A stretch of 64,000 nt of DNA from Deltaproteobacteria bacterium (lineage in GTDB: Bacteria > Myxococcota_A > Polyangia > JAAYKL01). A model generated the notes under the pieces. It saw only the letters and a list, made by a program, of their open reading frames with translations. It had not been told where the DNA came from and made no database searches. Each line of letters starts with the position of its first letter. The first letter of the stretch is position 1. Where the stretch lies: assembly GCA_016937015.1 (NCBI GenBank), contig JAFGWT010000273.1, positions 22,878 to 86,877 on the forward strand, written 5' to 3'. This document shows positions 29,962 through 40,900 of the stretch, piece after piece. Both the position numbers and the translations under genes were made by a program.

Positions 29962-30678
29962 ATGAAAAGTGCGATTTACGGAATGACAGGCTTCATGATT
30001 CTGGCAGTTGTTGCCGCCTGCTCCCCGACACCGGTAGGCATTAAGTTTGAAAAGGATATGTACGTCCTGGAAGGCCCCGATGCCGAAGACAAAATCGTTG
30101 CCTATGGCGTGGATGCGGACGGAAATAAAATCACAGAGGGTCTCAATTATACGTTTTTCTGCGAGAAAAGGGATATAGTTATCTCTTCCAATGACGGTAC
30201 CATTAAAGCAGTTGCATCCGGCGAGGAAACCGTGGAAGCGGAAATTGTCGGCTACGACATTAAAGCCACTGTAAAAATCCGAGTCAAGATTCCCACTGAC
30301 ATCGAGGTCTCCCACGAAAAACTGAGCCTGTGGGTTGGTCAGGTGAAAAAGAACGTGGCGGCGTGGGTTGTGAGTGAAAAAGGTGCATATGTCGAAGGAT
30401 ATACGCCCAAATGGATTTCCGCCGATCCTACCATCGTCAGCGTTAAGGATATTCCCGACCCCACCAGGGGCAAAATGCAGAAATCCTACGTTGAGATGAA
30501 AGGGCTCAAATCGGGCGACACCACAATAAGTGCCGTATTTGAGGGCATGGAAAAAGAGATAACCGTACGCGTCTACCGCGAAGACGAGGAACTGGATCTT
30601 TCCGGACGCAGAAAGCCACCGGTCGAAGAGCAGGAAAAAGAGACGAAGAAAAAGAAAAAAAGCGGCAAAAAGCGATAG
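29962..30678 (+). CDS. Lipoprotein with bacterial Ig-like (Big_2) domains and Lys-rich C-terminal tail
   Basis: Lipobox VVAACS; Big_2-like segments (..YTFFCEKRDIVISSNDGTIKAVASGEETVEAEI.., ..TTISAVFEGMEKEITVRV..); C-term KKKKKSGKKR. Confidence 0.5.
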   Translation: MKSAIYGMTGFMILAVVAACSPTPVGIKFEKDMYVLEGPDAEDKIVAYGVDADGNKITEGLNYTFFCEKRDIVISSNDGTIKAVASGEETVEAEIVGYDIKATVKIRVKIPTDIEVSHEKLSLWVGQVKKNVAAWVVSEKGAYVEGYTPKWISADPTIVSVKDIPDPTRGKMQKSYVEMKGLKSGDTTISAVFEGMEKEITVRVYREDEELDLSGRRKPPVEEQEKETKKKKKSGKKR

Positions 30679-30802
30679 TTGCCTTTTTCCGTTTCCGTAT
30701 TCTTCCCACCACTGAAGGGGCAAAGCACCTGCGGCGCTCATAAAATATCGATTCCGTTCTGTTATACTTTTAAGTATACTGTCGCATCGCCAAAGTGAGG
30801 AA

Positions 30803-31303
30803 ATGATGAGCAAGCAAATTTGGGCCCCGTGGCGCATGGAATATATCAAGGATAAGGATACGGGCAGTTGCGTCTTCTGCGAAGGTGCGATTGCCGGCCA
30901 TCGCGACCGTGCCGCATACAGGATTCTGGCTGGTCGCGCTGACGAGTTTGTGGTGCTCAACAAATACCCTTACGTATTTGGACATATTCTCATCTGCCCC
31001 CGGAGGCACGTGTCCAGTCTGGAAGACCTGCTGCCAAAGGAGCAGGAGAGTCTGTTCCGTCTGGCGATAGATGCTCAGATTATGTTGAAAAGCATCCTCA
31101 ATCCGCACGGAATTAACTGGGGGATCAATATTGGTAAACAGGCGGGTGCCGGTATTGAAGCCCATCTGCATGTGCACATCGTTCCCAGATGGGAAGGAGA
31201 TACCAATTTTATGCCGGTCGTGGCGGACTGTCACATAATGCCAGGCCATTTGGACAAACTATACGCGCAGCTGATACCTGAATTCAGCAGACTGGATTCG
31301 TAA
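30803..31303 (+). CDS. HIT-family (histidine triad) nucleotide hydrolase/transferase
   Basis: Histidine-triad HLHVHIVPRW; GTGAGGAA RBS. Confidence 0.7.
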   Translation: MMSKQIWAPWRMEYIKDKDTGSCVFCEGAIAGHRDRAAYRILAGRADEFVVLNKYPYVFGHILICPRRHVSSLEDLLPKEQESLFRLAIDAQIMLKSILNPHGINWGINIGKQAGAGIEAHLHVHIVPRWEGDTNFMPVVADCHIMPGHLDKLYAQLIPEFSRLDS

Positions 31304-31305
31304 AC

Positions 31306-31689
31306 GTGTCATCCACCAGAAACACAAAGCGCAGAATTGGTGCAATATTCGTTACCTCTGTCGCAGGATGCATTTTTTTGATACTGGTTGTAATCACCAA
31401 TACCCACTGGATTCCCTTGTATATTCCCAGTCTCCCCTGGAAATCAGATCCTGTTCTTGTCGCATTTGAAACCCCCCTCATCGCAGCGCTGGCTGTCTCA
31501 TTCGCCATTGGATGCCTGGTGACCTTTGTTATCTGGCGGGCAATTTACCAGCAGTCACAAATCAAACAAGGGATGCTTCGACAGCATGTATCTTCCCTTG
31601 AGAACACGCTTGAAAAAACCCAGCGGCTGATTTCCACCGCAACGGTGGACGCTGGTCATTCACGCGATTCGTCCCAGGAACAGGAATAG
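31306..31689 (+). CDS. Small membrane protein (two N-terminal TM helices)
   Basis: ORF with hydrophobic segments IGAIFVTSVAGCIFLILVVI and LIAALAVSFAIGCLVTFVIW. Confidence 0.4.
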   Translation: MSSTRNTKRRIGAIFVTSVAGCIFLILVVITNTHWIPLYIPSLPWKSDPVLVAFETPLIAALAVSFAIGCLVTFVIWRAIYQQSQIKQGMLRQHVSSLENTLEKTQRLISTATVDAGHSRDSSQEQE

Positions 31690-31691
31690 CT

Positions 31692-32360
31692 ATGATTGTA
31701 TTTTCTTATCGCGTTTTTTTGGTTGTATTACTCAGTGCATTCGCATTGGGGTGCAATACCCCATTGCAGTCTCAAAAATATTTTGCGCAGGCCGTCAAAA
31801 ACGATCCGGTGATGGAGCCGCTGCATCAGACCGCGCTGTACACGGTGTACTTCGACCATGCTCTGCAACGGTGTGTGCTGCATTCCTCTTACACCTGGGG
31901 GGAAAGCGGTGGCGGCACAGGGGGAACGGGGCTGGGCGTCAGTGTGTTCAACTGCAATCCGCAGGCGCTCAAAGCCCATGCGGACAGACTTCGAGAGCAA
32001 ATTAAAAATGGAACCGACTATTTTGAATTGCCCGTCCCCAAAGTACGCCAGACAAAACCCACATCGCAGCAATCGACCTCCGGGCTGACCCAACCCGGTC
32101 CGCGCCTTTCCACCGCCCCGGCTACAGTATCGAAACCGTCGACCCCGCCGATGATGTCCCCATCTGTGCAGGTTCAAACCGCGCCCCCTGCCTCCCAGTC
32201 CGTTCAGGGAGCCGCAGCATCGCCACCGGCATCATCGTCCGGCAAGGGATTGGCACCACAGGGGAAAAGCACCACATCGCCCCCGCCAGAGGAACAGCCC
32301 TCCCCCGGAAATCAACAGAATGGCGGTCCAAAATTGCTTCAACCCATCACCATGCCATAA
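31692..32360 (+). CDS. Hypothetical secreted protein with Pro/Ser/Gln-rich C-terminal tail
   Basis: Signal peptide MIVFSYRVFLVVLLSAFALGC; low-complexity tail. Confidence 0.45.
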   Translation: MIVFSYRVFLVVLLSAFALGCNTPLQSQKYFAQAVKNDPVMEPLHQTALYTVYFDHALQRCVLHSSYTWGESGGGTGGTGLGVSVFNCNPQALKAHADRLREQIKNGTDYFELPVPKVRQTKPTSQQSTSGLTQPGPRLSTAPATVSKPSTPPMMSPSVQVQTAPPASQSVQGAAASPPASSSGKGLAPQGKSTTSPPPEEQPSPGNQQNGGPKLLQPITMP

Positions 32361-32371
32361 TAAGTGACACT

Positions 32372-32824
32372 ATGAACGAAGACAAAACACCCAAAGACGA
32401 GACTTCATCATCCCCCCCCCATGAGGATTCCATCTTTGAAAAAGTCCTTAAAAAAGATGGGATAGCAGGACGAGTGAAGCAGGTTGTAAACGAATTGAAA
32501 ATGCCCCGAGAAGCGATAAATTATATTTTTAAGCAGGTTGATGAAACCAAACATGCCGCTGTAAAAATAATTGCCAAAGAAGTACGGGAACTGCTTGAAA
32601 AAACGGATCTGGCCGAGGAAGCCACAAAAGTACTCACCAGCGTGTCCTTCGAAATAACAACCAACATTCGTTTTGTTCCAAATCCTGACGGGAAAAACAA
32701 ACGGGTGAAAATAAAAATGACCAGCCATCAGGACCCTTCTGAACAACGAAACCTAAATAAGGATAGCGGTGAAGCAGACACTGACATCTCGGACAATCCC
32801 GCCGATTTATCTAACAACGACTGA
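32372..32824 (+). CDS. Hypothetical acidic protein
   Basis: ORF only. Confidence 0.35.
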   Translation: MNEDKTPKDETSSSPPHEDSIFEKVLKKDGIAGRVKQVVNELKMPREAINYIFKQVDETKHAAVKIIAKEVRELLEKTDLAEEATKVLTSVSFEITTNIRFVPNPDGKNKRVKIKMTSHQDPSEQRNLNKDSGEADTDISDNPADLSNND

Positions 32825-32836
32825 TGGCATTTGACT

Positions 32837-32864
32837 CACATGCGTTAGCATGTGCCAATTTTCG
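32837..32864 (+). terminator. Candidate terminator hairpin CACATGC-gtta-GCATGTG followed by CCAATTTTCG
   Basis: Perfect 7-bp inverted repeat 13 nt after the stop of the 32372-32824 ORF; weak T tract. Confidence 0.3.
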
Positions 32865-33059
32865 AAATGCGATTACTTTTCTGCATGCGGCATTACAATT
32901 CCAGGTAAAGAAAACACGGCAATACGAATATGCTGCCTGCGCCATATTCCAATAGAAACAATGATATCCTGTCGCCACATATTGGGGTTTACTTATTCAA
33001 AAACAGGCATTAGAGTACCAATTTATTTTTTGAAAGTCATACAAACAAAAGGAATTATT

Positions 33060-34196
33060 ATGGGGTTCAATACAAAAGCAGTTCACACTGGTGTCGCTAA
33101 GGATTCACAATACAAATCAGTGACCACGCCACTTTATACATCGTCCAACTTTGCATTCAGTGATATCAGTACCCATACCGGATATGATTATACACGTTCC
33201 GGGAACCCAACTCGCAGAGCGGCCGAAGAAAACATAGCCACTCTTGAAGAGGGCGTGGACGCCCGCTGCACGTCAACTGGCATGAGCGCCGTGACAGGCG
33301 TTCTGCATCTGTTACAGGCCGGCGACCATGTTGTATGCGGCAATGATATATACGGCGGCACATTCAGACTCATGCACAGCGTATTTTCGAAAATGGGAAT
33401 CGTATTTTCATTTATTGATATGCGGAAAGCGCAAAACGTGACCGAAGCACTGCGGGCCAACACCAAAATGGTTTGGATAGAAACCCCCTCAAATCCGCTG
33501 TTAAATATTGTGGACATCGAAGCCGTTGCAGCAATTGCCAGAAAACACGGTGCGATAAGCGTGGTCGACAATACATTCATGACCCCTTACTATCAGAAGC
33601 CCATTCGGCTGGGAGTGGATATCGTGCTGCATTCGACCACAAAATATATCAATGGACACAGCGATGTGGTCGGTGGCGCAATTGTCAGCTCTTCCAAAAC
33701 GCTGGCAGAACAGATACAGTTCAATGTCAATGCCCTTGGCATAGGTGAGGCGCCATTCGATGCATGGCTGGTTTTGCGCGGTGTTAAAACACTGGGCCTT
33801 CGCATGGAGCAACATTCTCGCAATGCAATGGCTGTGGCGCAATTTCTTGATGGTCATCCCAGCATTGAAACGGTTTACTATCCTGGATTGCCTTCTCATC
33901 CGGGACACGACCTTGCCAAACGTCAAATGAGCGGATTTGGGGGCATGGTCAGTTTTGATTTCAAACCCAACACCATTGATTTGAATGTTTTTTTCAATAG
34001 GCTGACCTACTTCACCCTTGCCGAATCACTGGGCGGCGTGGAATCACTCGTGGAGGCGCCGTACTTTATGAGTCACGCATCAATGACCGAATCAGCCCGT
34101 ACTGAAGCAGGAATAAAACAAACCAATGTGCGTTTGTCAGTTGGCATAGAAGACGTCAATGATCTGCTTGACGATTTGAAATCCGCACTAAAATAA
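33060..34196 (+). CDS. PLP-dependent Cys/Met-metabolism enzyme (cystathionine gamma-synthase / gamma-lyase / beta-lyase family)
   Basis: MGFNTKAVHTG.. start with AAGGA RBS; PLP-lysine region ..DIVLHSTTKYINGHSDVVGG..; the track ORF from 32850 is an over-extension. Confidence 0.8.
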   Translation: MGFNTKAVHTGVAKDSQYKSVTTPLYTSSNFAFSDISTHTGYDYTRSGNPTRRAAEENIATLEEGVDARCTSTGMSAVTGVLHLLQAGDHVVCGNDIYGGTFRLMHSVFSKMGIVFSFIDMRKAQNVTEALRANTKMVWIETPSNPLLNIVDIEAVAAIARKHGAISVVDNTFMTPYYQKPIRLGVDIVLHSTTKYINGHSDVVGGAIVSSSKTLAEQIQFNVNALGIGEAPFDAWLVLRGVKTLGLRMEQHSRNAMAVAQFLDGHPSIETVYYPGLPSHPGHDLAKRQMSGFGGMVSFDFKPNTIDLNVFFNRLTYFTLAESLGGVESLVEAPYFMSHASMTESARTEAGIKQTNVRLSVGIEDVNDLLDDLKSALK

Positions 34197-34328
34197 CCCT
34201 TCCTGGAACTTTTTCGAAAAGTCAGATGTCGATGTAGTCATGCCGATTGGTGCGGATTGGCAGTTGCGGGCAGGATAATTGTGGAATCCAAATTGCAATT
34301 CGAAAAGAGCAACATATACTCACACCAA

Positions 34329-37300
34329 ATGAATCGAATAGGTGTTATATTCAGTCTGCTCTTCTCCCTCTTCGTTCCGGCATATGGGCATACCCATTCA
34401 AAAGCGCTTTCCGCTCTGCAGCGCCAGCCCGATTCGCGGTTTGCAGACTTGCTTGTGTTGCAGATTTTTGACGAATATGCCACGTCAGGAAGAGTCGTTA
34501 TTGAAGCGGAGCTGAATGCAGCACTGAGTCTAAAAAGGCTTGATTGGGCAGCAAGGGACCGTGTCCTCTATCTGTTGGCACAACTGAAAATGATGTCGGG
34601 GGATTACAACACAGCCAACCGGATGTTTGCCGAATTGGGATTTATCACGGACTGGACAATTGTTGGACCGTTCCCACATGAATCCGGTTCAGGAATTACC
34701 GACACGCTTTCGATTAACAGTGAAGACAGCTCCACAACGCCATTAAACCTGCAGGTTGCCCCGAACTGCGTCCCGTCTCTGTCTCGCGGTCCCTGTCAGT
34801 TTTCGACCAGCTGGATGAGCCACAGCATGGGACGAATCAGTTTCGAGCCACTGTTTTCGCCCTCGTCAAACATCTGTACACTGGCGCAAACAACTGTACA
34901 CGTTGACAATGCTGGCGTGCATCAACTGGTTTTTGGCGCTGGAGGGCAGAGTCAAGTCACAGTTGACACAAAAATTGTCCTCACTGACACAAGTGAGTAT
35001 GACGCGGATATTAACCGCCATGCACTGCAGATACCGCTCGAAAAAGGGGCTCACACACTGACAGTTAAGATCTGCAGCGGTGAATCTGGCAGAGCCGGAT
35101 TTTATGCACGTCTGATTGCGCCGGAGGGCCGACCACTGCATTCAGCGAAAGCCAGTCCGTTTGAACCCGTTTCAATGGCAACTCCCGTAAACGCGCCTAA
35201 TAAGTCACCACTTAAGAAAATGACGCCAAGTGAAAAGAGCCGTCTCGCGCATTTGGGATTTTTCGCTCAGTATGCCAAGCATACCGGCGCTGTTGGGAAA
35301 GACACAACTGTATTCGATGCCGCCAGAGCGGCATGTACGTCACTGAAAACCGTTTCATTTTGCAAAACATTTGCCGAATTGTCGGGCGACATCAATACAA
35401 AGCTTCAAGCATGGCGAAACGTTCTTTCCGCCACACCGGAAAACAGGGAAGCAAAACTGGCGATACTGTTACTTCGCGCGCGACACCAGCTTGATTCAGA
35501 TGCTGCTTATGCCCTTCAGGAACTGGCAACTGCAAAAGATGCAGACATCAATTCTCGTTGTGCCCTTCTCGAATATTTCACAATGAATCTTCCACAGACG
35601 GCGCAGCATTTGCGAGTGGCGCATATGGATGATGCCGACATATTGCCTGGAGAGATTCGGTGCATCGCAGACAATCTGAAAGGTATTCCTGTGGACCTGC
35701 ACACGGCTGCACTTTTAGACATGGCGCTGCGGATTGATTTTACGGATTATGATTATCAAATACGCCGAATGAATATGCATGGCCGCACCCTTGAAAACGA
35801 GCTTCCCAAAGTGGCGGCTGCGTGGAAGGGACTTGGCGCGCCACCTGTGCACGGGGTTCGGGCACTCATTGAACTCGCCCGCGGCGCTGGCCTCAACCGA
35901 CTGGCATCCGACCTCGCCAAAGATACACGCCTTTATGCTCCTGCTGTGAGTCTGTATCGCCAGGATGCGGGTAAAGCAGCCCTTTTTACCGATCAGTCCA
36001 TGGGGATAAGCCTGTTAAAGGAAGCATTGGCTCAGTCCCCTCAGAATAAGTCACTAAGAGACTACATCGCGCACATCGAACCCCAACGCAGTTTTGAATC
36101 AGCGTATATTGTGCCCCCGTCAGATTTTTTAAACAACAAACAAAAATGCATATCTCAAAAGACAGATTGTTACCTGGTGAACAACACCATGGTTCGGGTG
36201 CATGAAAACGGCCTTGCATCGTCAGTCTCTCAAATAGTTGTTGCCATCGCTTCTGCAGAGGGAACACGTCAATGGCAGCAATACAGTGAGCAGTTTTCAT
36301 CTAATCAAACAATCCAGGTTCTGGGTGCGCGAATTTATCGTGCAGATGGCAAAGTGGAGCAGGCAACGGGACAGGCCACGTTCCCCGTATCGGAACCATG
36401 GTATCGCCTGTACTACGATATAGAAGCAGAAGTGGTTGAGCTACCCAGCCCTGAAGTGGGTGACGTTGTCGAATTTCAATTTCGAATTGACGATATTGGC
36501 AGCGAGAACATGTTTGGCGAATACTTTGGCACAATCGTTCCAATCAACGCCGAACTTCCGGTCGAATCGTTTCAACTGGTTATCATGCGCCCCAAATCGC
36601 TTCCGCTTCAGTTTGAATCCAGCAAGGCGGTTCGACGCGACGAATGGATTGAAAATGAAACGGTCACCACCGTGTTCAGTGATAAAGGAATTAAAGCAAT
36701 TCCCGACGAACCTGCAGCACCTGGTGCGATGTCGCTGGTCCAGTATGTGCATGCCACCACTTGGACATCGTGGGCCAAAATGGAAGCGTGGTATCGCGCA
36801 CTTATTAAGCCCCAGTTAAGACACGATGCCGAATTAAAAGAACGTGTGTTGGCGCTTACGCACGGGGCAAAATCCAGGCAGGAAAAAATTGCTGCTATTT
36901 ATAACTGGGTTACAACAAATATCCGCTACGTTGGGCTGGAATTTGGAATTCATGGCTATAAGCCATACAGCACCACACAGGTGCTGACCAGGGGTTTTGG
37001 CGACTGTAAAGACACAGCATCGCTCATCGTCACAATGTTAAATGAAGCGGGAATCGACGCACATGTGGCATTGGTCCGAACCCGAACAGCCGGGGAATTG
37101 AATACTCGTTTTCCGTCGCTCGCATTGTTTAACCATGCGATTGCATATGTTCCGGAATTTGATCTTTGGCTGGACGGCACTGCAACATTTCACGGCACAA
37201 CGGATATGCCGTTCGAAGACCAGGGTATCAACGCCCTGGTGATTGGGCTGGCACCGATGTTACCCAGACAAACCAAAACTCTGAGGCCAGAAGACGCCAC

Positions 37301-37934
37301 GTTTGTGCAACACGATGTAATATCGCCAAACCCGGATGGCAGCGCAGCTATCGCGAGCACAGTTACCGCTTCCGGATCCCCTTTTGCGCCATGGCTGAGA
37401 AGCACATTTGCATCTGCGCAACGACAGGATATACTGGAAAACCATTTTTCTGACATGTATTCCGCTGTTACAATAGACCATGCTGACTTTACAGAATTTA
37501 GCCCATTGTCCCCCTCCCCTGTCATAACATTTCAAGGAAACATCCCATCACTTTTTATATTAAAAAGGGGTATTGCGACATTCCGTGCAGCGCCGCCCCT
37601 GAATCTGAAGCAGAAATTCGCCCCCATTGCTAAACGGCAGCATGCGCTGCAAATTGGCCCGGCTCGAAAAGCAACCTACACGGTCCGATATCTGTTGCCG
37701 GCTGGATTTGTTTCAACAACTGAGCCATCCGTCGCGTCAGTTCACACAAAATTTGGTACATATCAACGGGAAATCCAATCCGAAACAAATTGCATCACGG
37801 TGTCGCGTACCTTCGAGATCAATCAACCCCTTGTGCCTGCGTCGCAATATGGTGAATTTGTCAAATTCACTCGTGATGTGGACGTACTCGAAAAAGCGCA
37901 GATTTCAATAAAACAACAGGAGATCACACCGTAA
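34329..37934 (+). CDS. Large secreted multidomain protein with transglutaminase-like cysteine-protease-fold domain (Cys-His-Asp present) and DUF3857-like architecture
   Basis: Signal peptide MNRIGVIFSLLFSLFVPAYG; TGase core GFGDCKDTASLIVTMLNEAGIDAHVALV..FNHAIAYV..WLDGTA. Confidence 0.6.
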   Translation: MNRIGVIFSLLFSLFVPAYGHTHSKALSALQRQPDSRFADLLVLQIFDEYATSGRVVIEAELNAALSLKRLDWAARDRVLYLLAQLKMMSGDYNTANRMFAELGFITDWTIVGPFPHESGSGITDTLSINSEDSSTTPLNLQVAPNCVPSLSRGPCQFSTSWMSHSMGRISFEPLFSPSSNICTLAQTTVHVDNAGVHQLVFGAGGQSQVTVDTKIVLTDTSEYDADINRHALQIPLEKGAHTLTVKICSGESGRAGFYARLIAPEGRPLHSAKASPFEPVSMATPVNAPNKSPLKKMTPSEKSRLAHLGFFAQYAKHTGAVGKDTTVFDAARAACTSLKTVSFCKTFAELSGDINTKLQAWRNVLSATPENREAKLAILLLRARHQLDSDAAYALQELATAKDADINSRCALLEYFTMNLPQTAQHLRVAHMDDADILPGEIRCIADNLKGIPVDLHTAALLDMALRIDFTDYDYQIRRMNMHGRTLENELPKVAAAWKGLGAPPVHGVRALIELARGAGLNRLASDLAKDTRLYAPAVSLYRQDAGKAALFTDQSMGISLLKEALAQSPQNKSLRDYIAHIEPQRSFESAYIVPPSDFLNNKQKCISQKTDCYLVNNTMVRVHENGLASSVSQIVVAIASAEGTRQWQQYSEQFSSNQTIQVLGARIYRADGKVEQATGQATFPVSEPWYRLYYDIEAEVVELPSPEVGDVVEFQFRIDDIGSENMFGEYFGTIVPINAELPVESFQLVIMRPKSLPLQFESSKAVRRDEWIENETVTTVFSDKGIKAIPDEPAAPGAMSLVQYVHATTWTSWAKMEAWYRALIKPQLRHDAELKERVLALTHGAKSRQEKIAAIYNWVTTNIRYVGLEFGIHGYKPYSTTQVLTRGFGDCKDTASLIVTMLNEAGIDAHVALVRTRTAGELNTRFPSLALFNHAIAYVPEFDLWLDGTATFHGTTDMPFEDQGINALVIGLAPMLPRQTKTLRPEDATFVQHDVISPNPDGSAAIASTVTASGSPFAPWLRSTFASAQRQDILENHFSDMYSAVTIDHADFTEFSPLSPSPVITFQGNIPSLFILKRGIATFRAAPPLNLKQKFAPIAKRQHALQIGPARKATYTVRYLLPAGFVSTTEPSVASVHTKFGTYQREIQSETNCITVSRTFEINQPLVPASQYGEFVKFTRDVDVLEKAQISIKQQEITP

Positions 37935-40900
37935 TGAGCAATCTTCCCCAATGGGCTAATTCCGCGCGAGTGATGGCTCTAATATTCTTTGTGCTGGGGT
38001 GTGCCGCCGCTCATTCTCCTGCACACAAAACAGAAACATTAAGCGAAAACCGGACTTTTCTTTCTGCGCCAACAATACCACAGCTGGAGAAGCAATTTAA
38101 GTCCAGCAACCGTGAAGGCGATCTGTTTGTTTTGGCCACTCTTTACGACAAGACTGGTCGCCCTGAATTGGCTTTCAACACATATATTCAGGCAATGGAT
38201 GCAGCCAGTATATCCCCCGGACTTTACTGGGAAGGCATAGGTGCAGCCATTGGCATTGTCAATATCCGGCGCCGGGTAAGGGACTTTGAAAACAGGATTT
38301 ACCCGCATCTCATGAAATGGTCGGCTTCCCCCGGTGCGCTTGCGCCGGAAGCGTTGTATCAGTTACGCACGCTAACGTTCTCCTTCGCACTAAAAAAAGG
38401 AAAGATGAAGCACGCCAGCCAATTGCTGAATCAAACCGGTTGCATCACAGATTGGCTGGTCGCCGGCCCCATCGCGACCGACAAGCGCGGCGCAATTAGC
38501 AGCAAACAGCTTCTGGATTCACGCGTGTGGCCGAGGGAAATTGACGCGGGTGCCGGCCGTCCAAATATGCCTGTGGTTCATAAATCGCTTGGAATCTGCC
38601 AATTGACTGCGCCCCCGGTATCCTCTGCCAGTACAGGCACAATCATTGGCACAACAGCAATACATGTTTCATCGACGGGAGATGCCAGTTTCAGACTGCA
38701 TTCAACATCTGATTCAAAAATTTTTATTAACGGCCATCAGGTGTATTCCCAGCAGAGTCAGACACGTTGGCTTCCGGAAACCCGTTGGTTTACCGTATGG
38801 CTTCCCGCAGGCCACCACCAGATTACCGTGCAGGTATTTTCACCCACTTTTGAACCATCTTTTTCGTTGAGCGTATTGTCATCCAGTCAACGCCCACTGA
38901 CTAACAACAGCACAACCCTGCCAGTGACTACAGAATACAAACCCAATAAAGGCATTACACGCATTGATTCAAAGATGACGGGTGAGTCAACCATTCTGGC
39001 GAGAATGCAATATGCGCTTTGGAACGTGGATCCATACGAGTGGCAAGAATATGCAAAAATGCTCGATGAGAAGTTGCCGCTGCACCGGTTATTCATCGCG
39101 GCGTATCAGCTGATGACTCCGTTCAACGCGCCCGAGGTTGCCATGGAAAGCGCCAGACATCTCTACGCTGGCGTGTTATCAAAAATGCCTACTGCGTTCG
39201 AAGCGTCGGTTTATCTGGCCAAACAGGCGCACAGCAACGGCCGCACCGAAGAATCGATTGGCATGCTTAAAAACGCAATCGCCGCGATGCCTGATGAGCC
39301 AATGCTGCCACTGGTGCTTACTGAAATTGCGTTTGAAAAGGAATGGATACCCGAAACGAGAAAATACCTCTCAATGGCAACCGATATGCTCGGTGACAAC
39401 TGCGAAACCCTGCAATGGAGATATGCTGTTGCGTTGCATGAAAAAAAATTTGATGCGACAATGCAGCTTGCTCACTCAATCAGCCAATGCGCCGCATCAT
39501 CCACTGATTTGGCCACAGAACTCACCAGAGAGGGAGATTTTATGGGCGCCTCAAATATTTTGTGGCGACAGGCCAAACGGCAGCCCAATTCGATGTCGGC
39601 ACAATTAGATGCAGCGCTGAGTTTTGCCCGTTCCGGTGCCCCGGATAGAGGCATCGAATTATTAGAGATTACCCACAGGCAATTTCCACTTTCCAACACG
39701 CCAGTTTTACACCTGATTGACGCGTATCTTGCTTCCAACAAAACTGAGAAGGCACAGGTACTATGCCACCTACAGCACCGAATGCCATCTGATCCTCAAA
39801 CACTCCTTGCGTGTGAGTCGGTCGAACTGACAAACCCGCTTGGTATGTATCGGGTGGATGGACTGAAAACGGTCAATCAGTTTATCAAGAGAGATGACAA
39901 ACCGAAATCGGACTTTTCATGGGTACTGGATCGGACAGTTTACGCGGTTGACAGGTTTGGCACAGGTAATCAATTGGTGCACTCGATTGGATACATCAAT
40001 TCACAGGATGCGGTCTCCGAGTACGGCGAGTTGAGTATTCCTTACGGATCAAAAGTTTTGCAGGCGCGTGTCATCAAACCATCGCTTGAGCAGTTTTATC
40101 CAACACTGGTCGAAGGTAAACCGGGGCTATCGCTGCCCAATCTGGCCGTCGGCGATTTTGTCGAATTGGAAACAATAAGTGCCATTCCTGCGCATTCTGT
40201 ATTTCCAGGCGGGTTCGACACCGAGCCCTTTTATTTCCGGGACTTTAATTCGGCATTCGTAAGATCGGAACTGATAGTCGTTGCGCCTGAATCGTTTAAT
40301 CTGCAATTCGATACACGAGGCGCCGCTCCTCCACCTGTCCATCATTCACTGAACGGAATGCAGGTCGTCACTTTTCGAACCAGAGACCAGCATCCGTTGC
40401 GAATTGAACCGGACACACCGGATGCCCGGGAGTTTTTACCTTCAGTGCGCATTACAGCCCACGCGTCCATTGAATCGGTATGTCAAAATATTAACGAACA
40501 GTTGTATGCGATGTCACAATGGTGTCCGGAGATTGACCAGACGATAACTCGCAGCATCGTCAAACAAAACAATCGCGACGCAAAAATCGAGGCGATATAC
40601 AATTGGATCTCTTTAAACATTGAGGATGACATGATACTGTTTGAGCCTGCCGCCCATGTACTAAGCCGAAAAAGAGGTAGTCGTGCCCGGCTGTTTATAC
40701 AAATGCTCGCACAGGCAAATATCGATGCAGAACTGGGGTTGGCAATGACTGCGTTCGATGACCATACACCCGCTACCGTTGCTGATGTGAACCGCTATAC
40801 GGTTCCTGTGGTTAAATTGCCGAACGGTAAATGGATCAGTTTTCAGGAACGACATGCTCCTTTAGGGACCTTACCTTCGGAGTTGCGACATCAGCCGGTT

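Noticed and set aside
30663-30695. Hairpin GGCAA-(10 nt)-TTGCC followed by T5 after the Big_2 gene
   Set aside because: The stem is only 5 bp with a long loop and overlaps the last codons, so it is a weak terminator candidate and was not called.
32850-33059. N-terminal 70 codons of the track ORF 32850-34196
   Set aside because: The Cys-rich, non-homologous extension precedes a good RBS and ATG at 33060, where homology to Cys/Met PLP enzymes begins.
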